From contig OZ244197.1 in NCBI GenBank assembly GCA_965216785.1, positions 2,592,001 through 2,656,000 on the forward strand: a stretch of 64,000 nucleotides of DNA, read 5' to 3'. The position numbers and the translations under genes were made by a program. Shown here piece after piece: positions 27,895-36,445 of the stretch. Below the pieces are notes generated by a model, which had not been told where the DNA came from, searched no databases, and saw nothing but the letters and a program-made list of their open reading frames with translations. The DNA comes from Thermodesulfobacteriota bacterium (GTDB lineage Bacteria > Desulfobacterota_D > UBA1144 > Nemesobacterales > UBA2774). Within the stretch, counting starts at the first letter, position 1. Each line of letters starts with the position of its first letter.

Positions 27895-29481
27895 ATGTTC
27901 TCTTTAACTAAAAGAGCTAATCTTGCGTTTTCGAGTTTAATAAAGACAAAGTCCGCCCAGGACTTAACAACGCTATTCATACTGATCCTGCTTATAATCT
28001 CCACAGCGGGCTATTCATGCGGACCCAAAAAGAGCGCGCAAGAAGAGATTTCAGCCGAGCCTGAAAACACGAAATATAAGCTCGGTAAAAAAGGAATAAG
28101 AGAGAAGCAGAAGGAAGAACAATCCGATAGTCAAAAAGTGGATGAGGTAGAAGCCGATACAGTCGTCTATGAAGAGTTTCCCGTATTGAATGCAAGTGAA
28201 ATTCTGGATGAGGATTTACTTAAGAGCGATCACCACCGGGTTAACGAAGAGGTCGTAAGCGACTGCGTATGGAACTCATATCAGATAGACAGTGACTTCG
28301 GCGAGTTTCAGGCCTATAATACGAACATCCTTAAAACCCGCGTTAATGAAATACAAGCCATAGCAAAGCTTCAACAGACCTCAGGCGCGGAAGCCATGGC
28401 CTCCGGGGCGATCGACTCTGTCATTAATCCCTTTACATCTGCGATAAATATCGCTACAAACCCTGTCGGCACCGCTGTGGGAATTCCGGGAGGGATCGTC
28501 ACCTTCTTTAAGAAAATCTATTACACCGGCGAAAAAACGGTAAAGATTGGCAGTCAAACCGTGCAGAATGTCGGCGGTGCTGTTACAGGCTCTGGGGATG
28601 ATGAAGACGGAGATTCATATTCAGGTCTTACAGGCGACGCGAGCTATCTCATTGACTGGTATTTGGGCGTTAGCGGAGGTGAGAGACGGGTGGCAAAAGG
28701 GCTTGGAGTGGACCCCTACACCTCAAACCCCGTGCTCGCGGCAGAGCTTAAGAGAGTAGCCAAGTACGAGAGAATCGGAAAACTCGGGTTCGGGTTTGCC
28801 GACATACCCTCGGTGCCGGGCATGGGTTATGTAAAAGACGTCAATCACTACGTTTGGGATAAAGACCCAAGAGAGCTAAGGGACTTCAATAAAAAGAGCC
28901 TTGTAGAAATGGGGGTCGAGGAAGAGCTTGTTGAGAATTTTTTGAGCTCACCTTATTACAGCCCGACTTTTCAGACCGCGATTGTTTTTTCACTCAAGGA
29001 AATGGATGGGGTAAAAAACAGAGAAGAAATAATAGAAGACGCCGTAGTGGCCTGGACTATACCGCAAGCCCAGCTATATACCAATATGGTGGTACTGATG
29101 GCCTGGTTCCACAACACGCAAAGCCCGTTCACTGAGATCATTAACCACTCTGATATAACGTCCGGTCTCACAGAAGACAATAGGATAATCACCATTTTAC
29201 CGGTCGATTATTTGTGCTGGTCAGAGCAGGTCTCGGAAGTCGCGAACTTTCATAATGACGTGCTATCGGATATCGAAGCCGAGCAAAAAGAGTTCTGGTT
29301 CGCTGGCACTGTGTCCGATAGAGCCAAGAGCGAAATAACGGATCTTGGCTGGATCGTATACGACGAAGTCGCGGTAGAGAATATAGACTCTAAATATGAC
29401 GATAAAAATAAAGCGACCAAAGAAATAAATACCGAAGTGTACAGATCTTTTGAGACAGAAGAAGTGGATGTACAGAATTAG
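27895..29481 (+). CDS. Hypothetical exported protein / lipoprotein
   Basis: 528-aa ORF 11 nt after the previous gene; hydrophobic stretch ending GYSC; acidic; start uncertain. Confidence 0.7.
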   Translation: MFSLTKRANLAFSSLIKTKSAQDLTTLFILILLIISTAGYSCGPKKSAQEEISAEPENTKYKLGKKGIREKQKEEQSDSQKVDEVEADTVVYEEFPVLNASEILDEDLLKSDHHRVNEEVVSDCVWNSYQIDSDFGEFQAYNTNILKTRVNEIQAIAKLQQTSGAEAMASGAIDSVINPFTSAINIATNPVGTAVGIPGGIVTFFKKIYYTGEKTVKIGSQTVQNVGGAVTGSGDDEDGDSYSGLTGDASYLIDWYLGVSGGERRVAKGLGVDPYTSNPVLAAELKRVAKYERIGKLGFGFADIPSVPGMGYVKDVNHYVWDKDPRELRDFNKKSLVEMGVEEELVENFLSSPYYSPTFQTAIVFSLKEMDGVKNREEIIEDAVVAWTIPQAQLYTNMVVLMAWFHNTQSPFTEIINHSDITSGLTEDNRIITILPVDYLCWSEQVSEVANFHNDVLSDIEAEQKEFWFAGTVSDRAKSEITDLGWIVYDEVAVENIDSKYDDKNKATKEINTEVYRSFETEEVDVQN

Positions 29482-29533
29482 GATAAGTAAGGGATTGTGA
29501 TTAAAATGATACTCTTTTTACATTCAATATCAG

Positions 29534-29710
29534 CTAAGTAGTAGATCTTAAAATCCTACTCATTCTTTGAATCCTGTTGGTCCTATTTCTGTCGTGAAGA
29601 TTCATTACCCTGTTACGGATAAAGCTCCTATGTTTATCCGGATCTATCTTTTTTCGATACTCTGAGCGCTTGGGAATTTCTTGATTAGATCTCTTAGGAT
29701 AATCCGCCAT
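29534..29710 (-). CDS. Unannotated 58-aa Arg/Lys-rich small protein
   Basis: GGGAGGATAAT-ATG RBS; MADYPKRSNQEIPKRSEYRKKIDPDKHRSFIRNRVMNLHDRNRTNRIQRMSRILRSTT*; below the ORF-track cutoff. Confidence 0.5.
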   Translation of the reverse strand: MADYPKRSNQEIPKRSEYRKKIDPDKHRSFIRNRVMNLHDRNRTNRIQRMSRILRSTT

Positions 29711-29890
29711 ATTATCCTCCCAAAGTTTTAGTCATAATAAAAAGCAACTTACATACCAAAAACCTAACCACCCTATATCGTTCATTATTTTAATTTCGCG
29801 TATCCATTGTATGTCTACTACGTTTACAATCTGCAAATCCCGTTGACGCTTTATTAAATAAAATGTCACAGTCGTAAATGTAGCGGCAAC

Positions 29891-30270
29891 ATGAATAAAC
29901 AAAAAAACAAGAAAAGGAGCTTGAGCAGCGGATTCTATATAATCTCCGAAGTATGATGAGAGCGGAGAAGGACCTTGATGTACTACATGATTCTATCGTG
30001 GAGGAATCTGCTCGAATTGTAAATGCCGATAGGGCCAGTCTATCTCTATTCGATCGTGCGGCGAGTTAGCAATATGGTCAAAGATTGCGCTTGGAGCTGC
30101 AGAGACAGTTCGCTTCGAAGCAGAACTAGGAATTGCGGGAGAAGTTTTCACATCCGGGTCAGCTCAGAATGTAGATAAAGTTTATTATAACAAAAAATTC
30201 AACCTAATAATAGATAGGAAGACAGGTTATATAACAAAAACCTTACTGTGCGTTCCTTATCCTTATTTAA
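29891..30270 (+). pseudogene. Disrupted GAF-domain gene (PDE/adenylyl-cyclase-type GAF)
   Basis: Fragments DLDVLHDSIVEESARIVNADRASLSLFD and IWSKIALG...GIAGEVFTSG...NVDKVYYNKKFN..IDRKTGYITKTLLCVP lie in different frames, with a TAG between them; truncated. Confidence 0.85.
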
Positions 30271-30273
30271 GAT

Positions 30274-31398
30274 TCATTTCTGATGGGCAGTTTTCACGGA
30301 ATAATTAAACTCTTTATCCAGTAGGTACAAAAACATGACGGCCATAGAATCCTGGTCTTCGTCACTGGTATTATTGTATACGCTTATGACCTGATACTCA
30401 TGGTCCTTATAAATGGGGATACCTTCTTGACTAGAATAATATTCGACACTTTCAATACCGATCCTGTTAGCCGTCCCGACTACATTACTCCTGAAGACCG
30501 TCTCCCCGGTAGTCAAATCTTTTAATTCCATAGACTCCGCGAAAGGATGAAGGTGGACGGCAATATAGTGGATTGTCGTATCGTACGGCACGTTCAGGAT
30601 TTCCGTAACGAGCGTGTGATTTACTTCCCTACCCGGCTTTACGACCCAGTGGCCGGTGAAACTGCGGTTAAATTTGTCTTTATAATCACTCGTATCCGCG
30701 TTCTCTCCAACCAGGCAGCCTTTCCCATGTTTCTCGTCGGCATTTTTCACATTAAAGTGCCCGTCATCGCCCTCTAGTAGCTTTAGCCCATAAGCTGAAA
30801 CCGGGAACAATGCTTTCATGGGGGCATCCAGATCACTATCATTTACATGGTCAATAGTAACTTTGTGCCTTACTTGATGTTTATTTTCAGCGTCGTTTAG
30901 ATTGAGCACCTGTGTTGTGAGAGACAGTTTTTCTTCGGATAATATGGGTATTCCATATCCTTCTGGAAACTTAATTTCAAATTGGCCCTGAGAGAGTGTA
31001 AAGAGCCTTGAGCTGGAGTTGTTCTTTTTCCAGCCCATTATCTTTGAGTGATTACCGATATCAAAATCAAGGTTACTATGACACATAAATTCCTGCGACA
31101 TCGGCGATTCACCGTCAGGCTCGACCATGACTGCCTTAAACCCCTTAATCCATATGAGGTCCCGCTCGCCGTCATCTGAAAGAGACAGCTCCTGCGTGCT
31201 TTCCGGGCCTTTCATCGATCTATAAATCCTATCTATTTCGTATGTTTCCGATAGCACGGTCAGACCCTTTTCGCCTCCTTCAAATGTAGAAGTCCCGCTC
31301 CTTAAAAGAACTAGGACAGCTATGATAACGACCAAAGCGGCAAGACCCGCTCCAAATAAGTAGATACGCTTTTTATTATTCGTACTCTTCTCTGTCAT
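30274..31398 (-). CDS. Membrane-anchored copper type II monooxygenase (PHM/DBH)-like protein
   Basis: N-terminal TM; FPEGYGIP; VHLHPFA (HxH) and YNN...DSMAVMFLY (Met) match the CuM-site pattern. Confidence 0.6.
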   Translation of the reverse strand: MTEKSTNNKKRIYLFGAGLAALVVIIAVLVLLRSGTSTFEGGEKGLTVLSETYEIDRIYRSMKGPESTQELSLSDDGERDLIWIKGFKAVMVEPDGESPMSQEFMCHSNLDFDIGNHSKIMGWKKNNSSSRLFTLSQGQFEIKFPEGYGIPILSEEKLSLTTQVLNLNDAENKHQVRHKVTIDHVNDSDLDAPMKALFPVSAYGLKLLEGDDGHFNVKNADEKHGKGCLVGENADTSDYKDKFNRSFTGHWVVKPGREVNHTLVTEILNVPYDTTIHYIAVHLHPFAESMELKDLTTGETVFRSNVVGTANRIGIESVEYYSSQEGIPIYKDHEYQVISVYNNTSDEDQDSMAVMFLYLLDKEFNYSVKTAHQK

Positions 31399-31585
31399 GA
31401 TCGCTCGCTAAATATTTTTCCTCCAGCCACCAATAATTATATACTCAATTCTAACATACGGGCATTATAGCGCTCTACCATAATCTTTCTTCAAATGATA
31501 GGCCCTTCAAACATTGTCCGGCGGCGGTGCGTGGCGGGTATTGAGCCATAGTTCCGAAGAGAAAATAATTCACTTAAAATTATTC

Positions 31586-31641
31586 GTCTATATTAGATAT
31601 AGACAAAATATATTTACATTAGGGGGTAAATGTTCTAACAT
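31586..31641 (+). promoter_or_regulatory. Palindromic operator-like site and sigma70-like promoter of the DUF4332 gene
   Basis: GTCTATAT-TAG-ATATAGAC at 31586-31604; TTTACA-17nt-TAACAT at 31613-31641. Confidence 0.5.
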
Positions 31642-31672
31642 GGGTTAAAAGACACATTGGGAGGAAATCACA

Positions 31673-32083
31673 ATGGCAAGTTTAACAAAAGTAGAAGGAA
31701 TAGGTAAGAAGTATAAGAAGCAGCTGCAAAAAGCTGGCATCTCGACAACGGAGACGCTTCTTAAAGAAGGCGCTACCAGAAAGGGCAGAAACCGCATCGC
31801 CAAGGAATCCGGAATCACGGCCAAGCTGGTACTTGAGTGGGTAAACCACGCGGACCTCTACAGGATAAAAGGAGTCGGAAATCAATACGCAGACTTACTC
31901 GAAGCAAGCGGCGTTGACACGGTGGTTGAGCTCGGAAAGAGAGTACCCGAGAACCTTCTCACAAAGATGTCCCAGGTAAACTCCAAAGGCAGAAAAAAAC
32001 TGGTCAGACAGCTTCCAAGTATCAAACTGGTCAAGGCTTGGGTAAAACAAGCTAAGAGACTAAAGAGAGTTATTTCCCACTAA
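31673..32083 (+). CDS. DUF4332 domain protein (helix-hairpin-helix)
   Basis: VEGIG, WVNHADLYRIKGVG..YADLLEASGVDTV.EL, VRQLPS; GGGAGG RBS. Confidence 0.9.
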   Translation: MASLTKVEGIGKKYKKQLQKAGISTTETLLKEGATRKGRNRIAKESGITAKLVLEWVNHADLYRIKGVGNQYADLLEASGVDTVVELGKRVPENLLTKMSQVNSKGRKKLVRQLPSIKLVKAWVKQAKRLKRVISH

Positions 32084-32169
32084 AAAGTCTATTAGTCTAC
32101 TCTCTTGAACTGACTTCTTTTCTATCCCGACAAGTTTAATCCGGATAAGACTGTTATATGTAAAATGAA

Positions 32170-32254
32170 TGGTGCCGAAGGCGGGAGTCGAACCCGCACG
32201 CCCGAAGGCACAGCCCCCTCAAGACTGCGTGTCTGCCAATTCCACCACTTCGGC
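32170..32254 (-). tRNA. tRNA-Leu(GAG)
   Basis: GCCGAAG acceptor stem, anticodon arm CAGTC-TTGAGGG-GGCTG, long variable arm, GGTTCGACTCC T-loop, encoded CCA. Confidence 0.97.
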
Positions 32255-32345
32255 ACATATAAATGAGGGTGTAATTACATTGATTCTAGGGAAGGATTAA
32301 ATTATCACAAATGCGCAAAAGTTCAAGATTAAACGAGAGCTAAAT

Positions 32346-33569
32346 TTACGCCCCGTACTTCTGAAGCCTTCCCGCGTGAGAGAGTATTAATGTCATCAGG
32401 TCAACCGCCCTGAATGTACCCAGCTCCCCCTTCAAACACTCCCGCTCACCGAAGCTTTCCGCTCCCCCTCCCCTTGCGTACGGCGAGCTAATGAGTATCG
32501 GCACCGGGTGCCAGCTATGAGCTCTCATTGTAGCGGGCGTCGAATGATCTCCAGTTACCACTATTACGTCCGGCTCCAGCTCCAAAATATCGGGGACAAA
32601 GCTGTCAAATTCTTCGATGACTTTAACCTTGGCGTCAAAATTCCCATCCTCTCCGTAGCTGTCAGTTTTCTTAACGTGTAAATAAAAGAAGTCGTGCTTG
32701 CTAAAGTCCCTCTTTAGTGTGTCGATCTCGCTCTTTATGGAATAGTCCTCAACCTCGAGCACCTCCATCCCGACGAGTTTCGACACGCCTCTGTACATGG
32801 GATAGGTCGCTATGCACGCAGCGTCGAGACCGTACGCCTCGCTGAATGTAGCCAGCCTCGGGTGTTTCGCAAACCCTCTCATCAGCAAATAATTTGCTTT
32901 TTCCTCATCTCTAATTATTTCCGCGACCCGGTTTACGAACTTCTCCACGACCTTAGCGACCTTATCCGCCTGCGGATTATTTCCTGTCGGCGGTATCGGG
33001 CTTCTGCCCTCTTGCTGAGGGTCAGTGTCGTGGATCGCGTCCCCGCCGTCGGGGATCGGCTCCGGGAACGTAAACACAATAGCCGAGCGGTGCTCCATGC
33101 CCGAGGTCATGTTCACTTTAACACCGTCGATCTCCTTTATCTCCTCTGAAATTCTGGATACTATTCTGATATTCTCTTCAGTCGGTATCCTCCCCGCCCT
33201 TCTGTCTGTCACGACAGGCGTATCGCCCTCATATTTTACAGTTGCGAAATTTCCTCTTATAGCCAGGTCGTTCGGGCTCAGATGTAGCCCCAGCCCCAGC
33301 GCCTCCAGTACCCCTCTACCAATTTCGTGCACAAGCGGATCATATCCGAACAGCCCCAAGTGCGCCGCCCCGCTCCCTGGAGTAATGCCCACCGCTACAG
33401 GTGTGTGATGACCCGTAGAGCCTCCCCTTGCTAGCCTGTCCATATTAGGCGTATTTGCCGCCTCAAGCTCCGTCACTCCTCCCTGAGGGAGTCCCCCTAC
33501 CCCGTCCAGTACGCAGAGTACTATTTTAGTGCCGTTAGGCTGCTGTAATTTCTTTATTATTTCCTGCAT
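32346..33569 (-). CDS. apgM: 2,3-bisphosphoglycerate-independent phosphoglycerate mutase, archaeal type
   Basis: LDGVGG, TPNMD, PGSGAAHL, GRG.LEALG, DRRAGRI, TGDHSTP, HSWHPVP. Confidence 0.93.
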   Translation of the reverse strand: MQEIIKKLQQPNGTKIVLCVLDGVGGLPQGGVTELEAANTPNMDRLARGGSTGHHTPVAVGITPGSGAAHLGLFGYDPLVHEIGRGVLEALGLGLHLSPNDLAIRGNFATVKYEGDTPVVTDRRAGRIPTEENIRIVSRISEEIKEIDGVKVNMTSGMEHRSAIVFTFPEPIPDGGDAIHDTDPQQEGRSPIPPTGNNPQADKVAKVVEKFVNRVAEIIRDEEKANYLLMRGFAKHPRLATFSEAYGLDAACIATYPMYRGVSKLVGMEVLEVEDYSIKSEIDTLKRDFSKHDFFYLHVKKTDSYGEDGNFDAKVKVIEEFDSFVPDILELEPDVIVVTGDHSTPATMRAHSWHPVPILISSPYARGGGAESFGERECLKGELGTFRAVDLMTLILSHAGRLQKYGA

Positions 33570-33625
33570 ATCACCCCTCTTATATGTGCTATAAACATTC
33601 TCCCCGACTTTTTCGGGGAATCAAG

Positions 33626-34393
33626 TTACTGCTCACTTAACTCAACTTCCATACCGTCGTATGCGGGCACTATACCTTCGGGAAGCTCACTCTTTAGCTT
33701 ATCGTAGTCAAGCTCATGACCCATGTGCGTAAATACCGCGAGCCCTGGATTTAACTTTTCCACTGTCTTCACAGCTTCTTCTACATTAAGATGCGCTTCA
33801 TGAGGTCTATATCTGAGCGCGCTTATGATCAAAAGCTCAAGTCCCTGGAGCTTGTCCATGGATTCAGGAGGAATACCGCTGCAGTCTGTAAGGTAGGCCA
33901 TATTGCCGATTCTGTATCCGTATATCATCCAGTCGGCATGATATATTTCCACCGGAATCACACTGGCTTCACCGATACCGAACTCGCCGTTTATGATATT
34001 TAGCTCCAGCTTTGGCTTTCCTCCCGCAGATTTAACCCCATCGAATATATAATTAAAATTATTTTCAATGTTTGTAAGGGTTTGAGTGTTTCCATAGCAC
34101 GGAATCACCATCCGGTTCATGAAATTATATGTCCTTAGCTCATCTATCCCGTGAGTATGGTCCGCGTGGGAGTGAGTATAGAGGACAGCATCAAGCTTAG
34201 TAATGCCGTGTCTTAACGCCTGGAACCTTAGATCGGTTGAAGTGTCAATGAGTATATTCTTGCCCCGTGTCTCTACAAACAAAGAGCACCGTGTCCTTTT
34301 GTTTTTAGGGTTTTCAGAAGTACAAACCGGGCATGTACAGCCGATTATAGGCACCCCTGTAGAAGTCGCGCACCCAAGAATAATTACCCTCAT
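33626..34393 (-). CDS. MBL-fold phosphodiesterase, PhnP-like
   Basis: GCATSTGVPIIGCTCPVC, THSHADHTHGIDELR, YLTD, THMGH, AYDG. Confidence 0.92.
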   Translation of the reverse strand: MRVIILGCATSTGVPIIGCTCPVCTSENPKNKRTRCSLFVETRGKNILIDTSTDLRFQALRHGITKLDAVLYTHSHADHTHGIDELRTYNFMNRMVIPCYGNTQTLTNIENNFNYIFDGVKSAGGKPKLELNIINGEFGIGEASVIPVEIYHADWMIYGYRIGNMAYLTDCSGIPPESMDKLQGLELLIISALRYRPHEAHLNVEEAVKTVEKLNPGLAVFTHMGHELDYDKLKSELPEGIVPAYDGMEVELSEQ

Positions 34394-34533
34394 CAGGGAA
34401 AATTTATCATTATCTATGGGTTATTTCAAAAAATAGCCCCTGAAAAACTCCGATAGCCATGGTAAAATGTTAAAGTAAATTATAAAAAATAGTTTACAAA
34501 CGACCACAAACCTAATATAATTATATTTCTAAG

Positions 34534-36228
34534 ATGATGAGGATGACTACTAAGATACCGCTGATTGCTTTGTTTTTGCTACTATTCGTCTCGCTCGCGC
34601 CTTCTCACGCTGAAGACAGGGGTGAAAAACTCTACACGGAGACCTTTACACTCTATAAAACTCTCGCGGTAGACCCCGACAAAGTTCAGAATAAAGAAAT
34701 ATGGCAAACAATAGCAAGGGCTTTCTATAGTATTTACAAAAATCACCCTTCCAGCTCAAAGGCCCCCAACTCGCTGTTCTTGTCAGGAAAAATGTACGAG
34801 GAAATGGGTGAGCGTTTCAACTCCAGGGACAATCTAGATACGGCAGTCGAATATTCAAGACTGTTCGTCAGGGTATATCCCGATAACCGCCTTGCCGACG
34901 ACGCCCAGTTAAGGGTCGCGCGCATAGTGGAAAAACGAAGCAAACGGGACGCTTATACAGAATATGAAAAGGTAGTAAATGACTTCCCGAACGGCGATAT
35001 GAAAAAGATCGCCGCTCACAAGCTCAAGGATCTAGCTCCATTTAAACCCTCTACAAAGACCGCTTCATCCAAACGTACAAGTAGCTCGGGACTCGTGAAA
35101 GTAAGCCAGATACGTCATTGGTCAACGGATGATTTCACTAGAGTCGTGATTCATGTAGACAAAGAAATGCCCTTTACCTCAAGATTCCTAAAGGCTGACC
35201 CAAAGAACGGCAAACCTCCTAGGTTATTTGTGGACATAAAAGGCACGAGCGTCGATAAGAACCTGTATGTCGAGCCCATAAAAAACGGACTACTTGAGGA
35301 AATTAAATTCGCCCGTAATACCCGAAACCAGGTAAGGGTCGTGCTATATATCAACAGTTTTGATGACTATAAAGTTTTCGCGCTTCAGGAGCCTTTCAGG
35401 ATTGTTATGGACATACACGGGAGCGGAGCAAATAAGGGCGGATATTATGCAAAAGACAACAGCGACTATAAATACGAATCGGGACTTCCGGAGGACAATG
35501 TGTCTTCGTTATCAGAGGCGCTCGGGCTGAAGATAAGGACCGTGGTGATCGACGCAGGCCACGGGGGGCACGACCCGGGAGCGATCGGGCACAGCGGGCT
35601 TAAGGAAAAGGACGTTAACCTAAAGGTCGCAAAAGCCCTTAAAGCCAAACTGGATAAGGACGGAAAGAAGTTTGGTATCACAAAAGTCCACCTTACCAGG
35701 AGCAGCGATAAGTTTATCCCCCTTGAGGAAAGAACCGGTATTGCGAAGAAGCTCGGCGCGGATCTGTTTATCTCGATTCACGCAAATGCGGCCCGGAGTA
35801 AACAGGCCTACGGTACCGAAACCTACATACTCAGCCTAACGAACGACCAGCGCTCACTTGCGGTCGCGGCCAGAGAGAACGCCACAACGAACATATCGAG
35901 GAGCGATATGGAGAATGTGCTCAAGCAATACCTCCTGAGCGCTAAGGTTGAAGAATCAGAGCGTTTTGCCAATTATGTTCAGAAATCTATAATCAGAGAG
36001 GTTTCAAAAAAGCATAAGCCTGTAAAGGATAAGGGTGTTAAGAAGGCGCCGTTCATTGTGCTGATCGGAGCAGATATTCCCTCTATCCTGGTAGAGACAG
36101 CGTTCGTAACTAACCCGATGGAAGAAAAGAGGCTAAAATCCAAAGACTACATTGATGATCTTGCGGACGGCATCTTCACAGGCATCAAACGCTACTCCAC
36201 AGAAGTCCAAACCGCCTCGGTACATTAA
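34534..36228 (+). CDS. N-acetylmuramoyl-L-alanine amidase (TPR + AMIN + Amidase_3)
   Basis: Signal peptide, TPR-like LADDA, TRVVI AMIN segment, IDAGHGGHDPGA, EK, SIHAN, LVETAF. Confidence 0.93.
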   Translation: MMRMTTKIPLIALFLLLFVSLAPSHAEDRGEKLYTETFTLYKTLAVDPDKVQNKEIWQTIARAFYSIYKNHPSSSKAPNSLFLSGKMYEEMGERFNSRDNLDTAVEYSRLFVRVYPDNRLADDAQLRVARIVEKRSKRDAYTEYEKVVNDFPNGDMKKIAAHKLKDLAPFKPSTKTASSKRTSSSGLVKVSQIRHWSTDDFTRVVIHVDKEMPFTSRFLKADPKNGKPPRLFVDIKGTSVDKNLYVEPIKNGLLEEIKFARNTRNQVRVVLYINSFDDYKVFALQEPFRIVMDIHGSGANKGGYYAKDNSDYKYESGLPEDNVSSLSEALGLKIRTVVIDAGHGGHDPGAIGHSGLKEKDVNLKVAKALKAKLDKDGKKFGITKVHLTRSSDKFIPLEERTGIAKKLGADLFISIHANAARSKQAYGTETYILSLTNDQRSLAVAARENATTNISRSDMENVLKQYLLSAKVEESERFANYVQKSIIREVSKKHKPVKDKGVKKAPFIVLIGADIPSILVETAFVTNPMEEKRLKSKDYIDDLADGIFTGIKRYSTEVQTASVH

Positions 36229-36249
36229 ATACTATCGTATCAATCATCT

Positions 36250-36281
36250 TGTCATTCCCGTATGTATTTATCGGGAATCCA
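36250..36281. repeat. Degenerate REP-like palindrome
   Basis: TGTCATTCCCG-tatgtatttat-CGGGAATCCA just downstream of the amidase stop codon. Confidence 0.55.
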
Positions 36282-36445
36282 TTTACTTCCTTGCTGTGGA
36301 AAAGTACGAGACTCCAAAGAAGCCCCGGCATATTATCAGCTCCGCATACTAAATTAAATTCTCACGTGTTACATGTTATTATTCATTCCAATTATACTAA
36401 TAATGTGTAGCCAATTAGCCTTATCCAGTAATTTTAAGGAGCTCT

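Noticed and set aside
15288-32254. tRNA-Leu-anchored integrative island
   Set aside because: The accessory block lies on the 3' side of the tRNA, but no integrase and no convincing duplicate of the tRNA 3' end were found. The short TGGTGCCGA near 13979 is inside a CDS and is at chance level.
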